Shown here piece after piece: positions 58,746-64,000 of a stretch of 64,000 bases of DNA. Within the stretch, counting starts at the first letter, position 1, and the number at the start of each line of letters is the position of its first letter. The stretch is from a virus, in the IMG/VR virus record IMGVR_UViG_3300020724_000005; one strand, given 5' to 3'. Below the pieces are notes generated by a model. It searched no databases, was not told where the DNA came from, and saw nothing but the letters and a program-made list of their open reading frames with translations. The position numbers and the translations under genes are program-made.

Positions 58746-58812
58746 AGAGTAAAAGTACAAAATCTTTTTGAATCTAGGAAACTTTTTGTCAGATATTTGT
58801 TTTCTTAATTTA
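58746..58812 (-). promoter_or_regulatory. intergenic cassette C10
   Basis: sense box GTACTTTTACTC; opposite strand TTGAAT(58768)-N18-GATATTTG(58792-58799). Confidence 0.45.
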
Positions 58813-59003
58813 TCTTGGCTTCCAAAACGATCATGACATTATCGATCAAGTTCTCTATATCTTTCATCTCTCTATCGAAGAGTGATCTTGCATTTGGAGA
58901 TACCTTTAACATTAATTGTTCTTTATGAGATCCTGATAAAGGAAAGAGCCACAAAAATATCTTTTTCAATTTACATACCTTTTTTGTTTTCTGGATACCT
59001 TTT

Positions 59004-59393
59004 TTATTTTTGGGTGCAGTTTATCCATCTTCCGTCAAAATTGAATTTGAAGCTTCCCAGGTAGCTGTATCTGTTACCCCACTCCTGTGGGGAGATCAAG
59101 CTCAAAAAATTCCCGCTCTCAGATCCGTACAGGTGATACACTGATCCTGCCTTTGGTTGAAAGTTATACTTGGAAGAGTACACAAGCTCGTTGTCTCTCA
59201 CCTCGTCTAAAAGCTGCTGCCACTCTCTGGACAGGTGGTCGAACTTGGAAGCGTAGTGAGATCTGACCATACTCGTGTTCTCTTGGTTGAACACCGTTAA
59301 GTCTTCTGGCTTGAAGTTGGGAGATCCCACCTCTGTGGGATAGGTCTTAGAGATCCTGTTTTCGACGTAACTCAGAGGCTTGTTGTCGTCCAT
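59004..59393 (-). CDS. DUF2452-like protein
   Basis: 129 aa; YNFQPKAGSVYHLY...FLSLISPQEW pattern recalled from Bacteroidota. Confidence 0.5.
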   Translation of the reverse strand: MDDNKPLSYVENRISKTYPTEVGSPNFKPEDLTVFNQENTSMVRSHYASKFDHLSREWQQLLDEVRDNELVYSSKYNFQPKAGSVYHLYGSESGNFLSLISPQEWGNRYSYLGSFKFNFDGRWINCTQK

Positions 59394-59411
59394 TTTTCAT
59401 TTTGATGTAAA

Positions 59412-59419
59412 TATAAATA
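59412..59419 (-). promoter_or_regulatory. TATTTATA upstream box (class II)
   Basis: 18 nt upstream of ATG 59393. Confidence 0.35.
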
Positions 59420-59448
59420 CCTTTTTTGATCTAAGTACTTTTTTCGTT

Positions 59449-59613
59449 TCAAGTCCAAAGCTTCTGCCTATCTATGGCTGTATCTACTGCTGTCAAGCTC
59501 TCTGCGCCCAAAGAGATCCAGTATACTATTCTAGCGATGTCTGGGTGGTCAAGCTGTGCTCCTATGCTTGAGTTCATAACTCCCATCCACGTTATGCTGT
59601 GCAAGATATTCAT
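59449..59613 (-). CDS. hypothetical 54-aa protein
   Basis: MNILHSITWMGVMNSSIGAQLDHPDIARIVYWISLGAESLTAVDTAIDRQKLWT; ATG 5 nt after exact TACATTTG. Confidence 0.4.
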   Translation of the reverse strand: MNILHSITWMGVMNSSIGAQLDHPDIARIVYWISLGAESLTAVDTAIDRQKLWT

Positions 59614-60030
59614 ATGGACAAATGTACTACAAGTCTGCTTGCATATGAAGCCATTCTTTTTTGTTGCTTGACATTGCAGATCGTTTTTTGTTGTCAGAAA
59701 TACTTTTTTGATCTAAGGAAATATAAGTCCATGGTGGTATGCATTAGCATAAAATATATATGGTGTACTACGGAGATGGATTTTTCTTCGCAAGAGAATG
59801 CTCCGTATTATACCTTTTTTATTTACTGGGTATCTCTTCCTACTTTTGGTAGCTTTTAATACCTTTTACTGCTTTGAAATACCTTTTTTATTATAAGTAC
59901 CACTTTCTCTTGTTGGTACCACACTTAGAAATATCTTCATAGTCGCAGAGCTCGATCTCTCTCTCATCCTATCGTGTCAGCCTCAGCGTGTCTCCTACCC
60001 TGTACAGATCACACCGTCCGTATACTCCTC

Positions 60031-60180
60031 CTATACTTCCGTGTAGTATAGGCATTCGTAGTCGTTCTTGGTGTTCTCTATCTTTACTACTGTTCTCCCT
60101 GAGTGTGGATAGTCGCATGACATGGTACTTGATATAGTCATTGTTATCAGTCCTAGTATCATTATCTGTGTCTTCTTCAT
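60031..60180 (-). CDS. 49-aa lipoprotein-like peptide
   Basis: MKKTQIMILGLITMTISSTMSCDYPHSG... Confidence 0.35.
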   Translation of the reverse strand: MKKTQIMILGLITMTISSTMSCDYPHSGRTVVKIENTKNDYECLYYTEV

Positions 60181-60221
60181 ATAGTTGATTATTATTCTGG
60201 TTTTTTATTTATGATGTGGTT

Positions 60222-60365
60222 CTATTCTTCTAGTCGTATTATAGGTATGAGTGATAGTACCTGTTGTAGTTCTAGGAAATTATCAATTGTGTTCATGATA
60301 TCCTTTGGTAGTCTTTTGATCACTGTGTCTTGGATCGATGTCATCTCTATAATATTCTGTTTCAT
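60222..60365 (-). CDS. hypothetical 47-aa protein
   Basis: MKQNIIEMTSIQDTVIKRLPKDIMNTIDNFLELQQVLSLIPIIRLEE. Confidence 0.3.
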   Translation of the reverse strand: MKQNIIEMTSIQDTVIKRLPKDIMNTIDNFLELQQVLSLIPIIRLEE

Positions 60366-60593
60366 CGTGTCGTCCTCAGTCGTTCTTCTAGTTCAGTCAA
60401 TAGTTGGGATGCTTTTAGCGGGAGTGTCCATAGGATTAGCTTTGTTGTCCAATCGGTTCTTAGTGATCCATAGTCTATATCATATATCCTTTTGGCATGG
60501 AGTAGTACTTGGACTTTACGCTATGTGGAGTGTCCAGTTGTGATCCTATCTTTCCAGGATTTCTGATTATCATCTGGTATGATATCTGTTTCA

Positions 60594-60752
60594 TTATTCT
60601 ATCCTATCTTTTAATGCTGAGATGATCCTGTACATGTGAGCTCTCGTTAGTTCCATGTCTATTGAGCTCGGTTCCAGTTTTATCCTTAGTGTATCTATCT
60701 GTTCTGACCTTAGAGCGTCACTCCTCTCTATGTAACCTGTTATATTTTTCAT
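60594..60752 (-). CDS. hypothetical 52-aa protein
   Basis: MKNITGYIERSDALRSEQIDTLRIKLEPSSIDMELTRAHMYRIISALKDRIE; ATGA overlap. Confidence 0.35.
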   Translation of the reverse strand: MKNITGYIERSDALRSEQIDTLRIKLEPSSIDMELTRAHMYRIISALKDRIE

Positions 60753-60931
60753 TGAATGTGGAGTTGATCTTCTAATGGTCTACCGACTCCTCTTAATTGA
60801 TCGCCAAACGAAGAGTATATGTTATAAATGTGACGATTTAATTCACGTATAGATGGAAACTCCTTTGGATGTCTTTCTGACAGATCGCAAGAATCGACTA
60901 TCTTAGCGAATATGATCTCTGTGTCTTTCAT
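60749..60931 (-). CDS. hypothetical protein
   Basis: 60-aa ORF. Confidence 0.45.
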   Translation of the reverse strand: MKDTEIIFAKIVDSCDLSERHPKEFPSIRELNRHIYNIYSSFGDQLRGVGRPLEDQLHIQ

Positions 60932-60937
60932 GTTATA

Positions 60938-61093
60938 CTAAAAATAATAAATTCTAAGTTGACGCATCTGTGGATACTTTGGATCTATGAGGTTATCGAA
61001 TATCAGATCATTGAATACTACGTTATCTAACCCTCTGAATAGTACCCAAGGTTGTATTTTGCCTAAGAATTCTATACGATGCAGCTGTCTCAT
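60938..61093 (-). CDS. hypothetical 51-aa protein
   Basis: MRQLHRIEFLGKIQPWVLFRGLDNVVFNDLIFDNLIDPKYPQMRQLRIYYF; ATGA overlap. Confidence 0.35.
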   Translation of the reverse strand: MRQLHRIEFLGKIQPWVLFRGLDNVVFNDLIFDNLIDPKYPQMRQLRIYYF

Positions 61094-61275
61094 CTTGAGA
61101 TTGGTTGTATTGTTAGGTTTATGGCCCTTAGTTGGAGCTCGTTGTTAAAAGTATTAAAAGATTCTACAAAGGTTTTGAGTTTGGTCTTTTGGATTTTTAC
61201 GCCTCCATAAAGTTGATCCTCTACTAATCTTCTCCAAGAAAAGACGCTTTGACTTATCGCTATTACTGATTTCAT
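61090..61275 (-). CDS. hypothetical protein
   Basis: 61-aa ORF. Confidence 0.45.
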   Translation of the reverse strand: MKSVIAISQSVFSWRRLVEDQLYGGVKIQKTKLKTFVESFNTFNNELQLRAINLTIQPISR

Positions 61276-61709
61276 CTGATCTGTATCTTATCTATGTATG
61301 TGTATGTGTGGTCTTGCGGTTCAAATGCGAACACCACCACCTGAGTACTCATGTTCCAAGTTCCAGAAAGTATCTTTCTGACCGTAGTCTCTATTCCTCT
61401 GTTGATGTGATCTTCTGTCCAGGCTTTGACCTCGGTGATGTCTACCCCGTTGGGATCTATCAAGTCATGGTAGTATGTATGCTCACCTTTTGAGTTTACA
61501 GTAGGAGGAGCTGGAGTGTATCCCAAATTCTCTATGAGCCACATCTCTGCCGGCTTTCCTTGCCAGACCATCTTCTCTATCACAGACCAAGCTCTGCCTT
61601 TTCTTGCCCTAGGAGATTCGTATATCCTCTTGGTCTCTTCTTGTACCATCTGGGCCAGCGCATGCTGATCTTTGATGTCTTCTTTTCTGAACTTTATTAT
61701 ATCGGCCAT
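61272..61709 (-). CDS. hypothetical protein (possible PD-(D/E)xK fold)
   Basis: 145 aa; YHDLIDPNGVDITEVKAW fits D-x(n)-E-x-K spacing (weak). Confidence 0.55.
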   Translation of the reverse strand: MADIIKFRKEDIKDQHALAQMVQEETKRIYESPRARKGRAWSVIEKMVWQGKPAEMWLIENLGYTPAPPTVNSKGEHTYYHDLIDPNGVDITEVKAWTEDHINRGIETTVRKILSGTWNMSTQVVVFAFEPQDHTYTYIDKIQIR

Positions 61710-61894
61710 GCTGTTTGTACTTGCTCTTTTATAGGAAATGTTGTTGATAATATCGATCTGCTAAAGACTCCTGTCCACTCAAAATATGGCATTGCGGCCG
61801 CATTCATGTACGATCCTATAAGATTTTTTGAGTCAAAAAATTTATGGATGGCATACACAACTCCTTCGTTGTAACCGAATGTGATCTGCTTCAT
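61697..61894 (-). CDS. hypothetical protein
   Basis: 65-aa ORF. Confidence 0.45.
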   Translation of the reverse strand: MKQITFGYNEGVVYAIHKFFDSKNLIGSYMNAAAMPYFEWTGVFSRSILSTTFPIKEQVQTAWPI

Positions 61895-61938
61895 AGATAT
61901 AAAAGTAACACAAGGTCTAATAGGAAAGAAATCTATCT

Positions 61939-62121
61939 CTAAAGTAAGAACATCGTCAACTTAACTCCAAGACAAAGAGCAAAGATCACGAATATGCTTT
62001 CTACTACCAAGATAGGAGACGCCACCGGATCTGCATTTGATATTTTCTTCTTAGATCTGTGTAGCAGTATTATCAACGCGCAATCTATCAGCGACAGCGC
62101 GCACACTATTAACTGGTCCAT
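61939..62121 (-). CDS. hypothetical two-TM protein
   Basis: track start 62160 is TTG; first ATG 62121 (MDQLIVCALSLID). Confidence 0.4.
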   Translation of the reverse strand: MDQLIVCALSLIDCALIILLHRSKKKISNADPVASPILVVESIFVIFALCLGVKLTMFLL

Positions 62122-62218
62122 ATGCTCATTCGGGATTAAAACAGGACAGTCCAGATCCAAACCTATGCGTTGTATAGTCTGAAAGATCTGGATGCCTAGA
62201 ATTGAAACTATTTGATGT

Positions 62219-62356
62219 TTAGTGATTTTCTGGGAGCACCTCTGTCTCCGGCGCTAGGTCTTCTTGGTTTAGGTCTCTGTTTACTCTCAGAAGCATGTTC
62301 CTAGAGTACGATAAGAACTCAAGACAGAAGAACAGTGTGATGATCAGCGATGTCAT
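62219..62356 (-). CDS. hypothetical 45-aa protein
   Basis: MTSLIITLFFCLEFLSYSRNMLLRVNRDLNQEDLAPETEVLPENH; ATGA overlap. Confidence 0.3.
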   Translation of the reverse strand: MTSLIITLFFCLEFLSYSRNMLLRVNRDLNQEDLAPETEVLPENH

Positions 62357-62529
62357 GGCTTGGATTTGGCCTCCTTTTCCAAGATCCTGTCTACTTTGTA
62401 GTCTCGAACATTATTCTTCCATTCTGATTTTGGAACGTACTTGGCCTTGTTTGAAGATACGACAGAGTGTGCCTCTTGGTCGTTCAGCCTTTTGTACTGG
62501 CCGTCTTTTGTGATCTTTACCGTCTTCAT
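62353..62529 (-). CDS. hypothetical 58-aa basic protein
   Basis: MKTVKITKDGQYKRLNDQEAHSVVSSNKAKYVPKSEWKNNVRDYKVDRILEKEAKSKP. Confidence 0.4.
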   Translation of the reverse strand: MKTVKITKDGQYKRLNDQEAHSVVSSNKAKYVPKSEWKNNVRDYKVDRILEKEAKSKP

Positions 62530-62552
62530 ATACTTTATTGTTTTGGGTGTGA

Positions 62553-62741
62553 TTAATCTTCTGTGTAGTCTTCTATCAACTGTTTTATGTAATGTTTGAT
62601 AGCTTTTTCTGGATCGTCAGATGCTGGTTTACCTTGCATTGTATGACTTAGACATTCGGCATATCCTAATGACTTACCGTATTCCAATGCACTCTCTACC
62701 TCTTCAATGAGGCTTTCTAATGTGACTACTATCTGGTCCAT
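62553..62741 (-). CDS. hypothetical protein
   Basis: 62-aa acidic helical ORF. Confidence 0.45.
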   Translation of the reverse strand: MDQIVVTLESLIEEVESALEYGKSLGYAECLSHTMQGKPASDDPEKAIKHYIKQLIEDYTED

Positions 62742-62752
62742 CTTGTCTGGTT

Positions 62753-62938
62753 TTACTCTTCATCATGCAGCACGAGTCCAGAAGACATGTTGCCTCCCTG
62801 TTCTGTGAGGTTAGCGTTGCCTTTGTGTATCAACTCTAACATCTTCTTCTTGATCTCCTTTATCGAAGTTCCGTACTGTTTGAGTTGGTCTTGATCGTCT
62901 GGACTCAGTCCTTTCATGGCTTCTTTAACGTATGACAT
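62753..62938 (-). CDS. hypothetical protein
   Basis: 61-aa ORF. Confidence 0.45.
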   Translation of the reverse strand: MSYVKEAMKGLSPDDQDQLKQYGTSIKEIKKKMLELIHKGNANLTEQGGNMSSGLVLHDEE

Positions 62939-62950
62939 CTCGTTGTGTTT

Positions 62951-63187
62951 CTAATAAATATCTGACTGGTTCGAAGACTTGAGTCTCTCTATCTCTTGGG
63001 CAAGACTAGGGTCTCGAATGACTTGTATCGATGACACCTCTTCGCTCTCTTTTCCCTCTGTGACTATGAGCCCTACGAACTTTTTGGCTTCAGAGTGGTT
63101 GACACACGTGGTCCTGTATCCCAATTCTACTCTCTTAGGGTGTATGGCAGTGTCGCATACTTTGCAATAATATATTGGTTCTTCCAT
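62951..63187 (-). CDS. zinc-finger protein (TraR/DksA-like, weak)
   Basis: CKVCDTAIHPKRVELGYRTTCVNH. Confidence 0.45.
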   Translation of the reverse strand: MEEPIYYCKVCDTAIHPKRVELGYRTTCVNHSEAKKFVGLIVTEGKESEEVSSIQVIRDPSLAQEIERLKSSNQSDIY

Positions 63188-63244
63188 TGGTCTATAACTG
63201 TTTGTGTGTGGTAAATATAAACTTTATCTGCGATAGGGAGAAGT

Positions 63245-63358
63245 CTATTTTTCTTGTTCTTCTTCTTTGTAGTATCTTGCCATCTTGTTGTTCTTCTTCT
63301 TTAAAGACAGGATTACGATCGTAGAGAAGAACAGTATGTAAACGTAGTAGTTAAGCAT
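63245..63358 (-). CDS. 37-aa TM peptide
   Basis: MLNYYVYILFFSTIVILSLKKKNNKMARYYKEEEQEK. Confidence 0.3.
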   Translation of the reverse strand: MLNYYVYILFFSTIVILSLKKKNNKMARYYKEEEQEK

Positions 63359-63362
63359 GGAC

Positions 63363-63671
63363 CTATTTTCTTTCGGTGATCATGAAGTTTAGTATGGTCT
63401 TTTGCAGATCGTTGAGAGCTTGGGTGTTGTCCTGTATCAGTTTTGACATCCTGTCTCTCTCTTCTACAAGCAGATCGTTCATCTCCTGCTGTACTCGGTC
63501 GATCTTCTCTTCCAGCATCTCGTTCCTTTCTACCAGCTTTTGATACTGTTGGAACGCTACGTAGGCCAAAACGACCGTTATCACTCCCAGGATCCCGTAC
63601 TGAAGGACGTAATTCTGTATCCCCTCTGCGTTGACCGGGTTTGCTGGGACCTCTAACATGGATCTGAACAT
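63363..63671 (-). CDS. hypothetical TM + coiled-coil protein
   Basis: 102-aa ORF. Confidence 0.5.
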   Translation of the reverse strand: MFRSMLEVPANPVNAEGIQNYVLQYGILGVITVVLAYVAFQQYQKLVERNEMLEEKIDRVQQEMNDLLVEERDRMSKLIQDNTQALNDLQKTILNFMITERK

Positions 63672-63702
63672 CTGATGAAATTTACTAACAATAAATATCA
63701 GA

Positions 63703-63852
63703 CTATTTGCCAGATTTGTATCTTTCTATCAGTCCTTTTGCGTAAATTTTCAAGCTGCCTATCTTTATATCTACTCCGTTGAAAGTCAGATAGAAAGTAA
63801 ATAGGACGAATGATATTATCCTGATGACGTTTAACTTATTGATCTTCTTCAT
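63703..63852 (-). CDS. 49-aa TM peptide
   Basis: MKKINKLNVIRIISFVLFTFYLTFNGVDIKIGSLKIYAKGLIERYKSGK; ATGA overlap with stop of xSQL copy 3. Confidence 0.35.
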   Translation of the reverse strand: MKKINKLNVIRIISFVLFTFYLTFNGVDIKIGSLKIYAKGLIERYKSGK

Positions 63853-64000
63853 GCTTTTATGTTTTGGAGCTGTGAATCGAGCTGTGACCAGAGCTGTAAA
63901 TTGAGCTGTGAACCGAGCTGTGAACCGAGCTGTGACCAGAGCTGTGAATTGAGCTGTGACCTGAGCTGTGACCTGAGCTGTGAACCGAGCTGTGAATAGA
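63849..64000 (-). CDS. xSQL tetrapeptide-repeat microprotein, copy 3 (5' end outside window)
   Basis: same frame ...DSQLQNIKA stop at 63849-63851; array runs to window edge. Confidence 0.45.
   Translation of the reverse strand, partial: YSQLGSQLRSQLRSQLNSQLWSQLGSQLGSQLNLQLWSQLDSQLQNIKA
63867..64000 (-). repeat. 12-nt tandem array GAGCTGTGA+NNN (truncated by window)
   Basis: same unit as 49498 and 51711 arrays. Confidence 0.95.

Noticed and set aside
59400-59900. Recurrent AAATACCTTTTTT...AAGTAC strings as additional plus-oriented cassettes
   Set aside because: They resemble the cassette half-sites, but the hexamer-N18-octamer rule is not met and no plus-strand genes follow. They are treated as degenerate copies or coincidental T-rich DNA.
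60211-60543. 110-aa plus-strand hydrophobic ORF
   Set aside because: The region is better explained by several minus-strand microgenes with ATG starts and coupled stops. The plus-strand ORF has no upstream signal.
1-64000. Alternative genetic code or stop-codon reassignment, prompted by the odd tRNAs
   Set aside because: Long genes (1835, 1041, 798, 612 and 603 aa) are intact under the standard code. No suppressor anticodon (CTA, TTA or TCA) was found in a proper loop context.
1-64000. Prophage or integrative features (integrase, att sites, transposase) and rRNA genes
   Set aside because: None were recognised. The only mobile-type genes are the HNH and GIY-YIG endonucleases.

Overview
This window is a 64-kb segment of a large tailed dsDNA phage genome; I saw no host chromosomal genes. 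All family names come from motif recognition by eye and no search or folding program was run. Many starts were re-set by hand, because the ORF track also prints M for TTG starts.

Layout:
- 1-8.9 kb, leftward: small genes, an AT-rich HNH homing-endonuclease island, a single-polypeptide Mre11/SbcD-Rad50/SbcC fusion and a DnaG-type primase.
- 9.1-31.7 kb, rightward: glutaredoxin-like, HD hydrolase and gp55-like sigma genes, then a baseplate/tail-fibre module. The module holds gp25-like and baseplate-J-like genes, an 1835-aa giant with five Cys-containing tandem domains, and an inserted GIY-YIG gene.
- 31.9-41 kb, leftward: MBD4-like glycosylase, guanylate kinase, glucosaminidase, UVDE, SmpB, a metallophosphoesterase and a spanin-like trio.
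- 41.3-47.6 kb, leftward: a tRNA array with 20 confident tRNAs and 3 atypical elements. It also carries a tmRNA and three RNA-repair-like genes.
- 47.6-64 kb, leftward: dozens of mostly tiny genes separated by a repeated promoter-like cassette.

The 47.6-64 kb block also contains:
- Codon-periodic tandem-repeat microgenes (xSQL in three loci, S-x, GIxAGx).
- GC-rich or ORF-free candidate ncRNA regions.
- An ECF sigma factor and a DUF932-like gene.

Genes lack Shine-Dalgarno sequences, have A-rich leaders and carry TAnnTTTG-type boxes. This suggests a Bacteroidota (Flavobacteriia-like) host, which is an inference.
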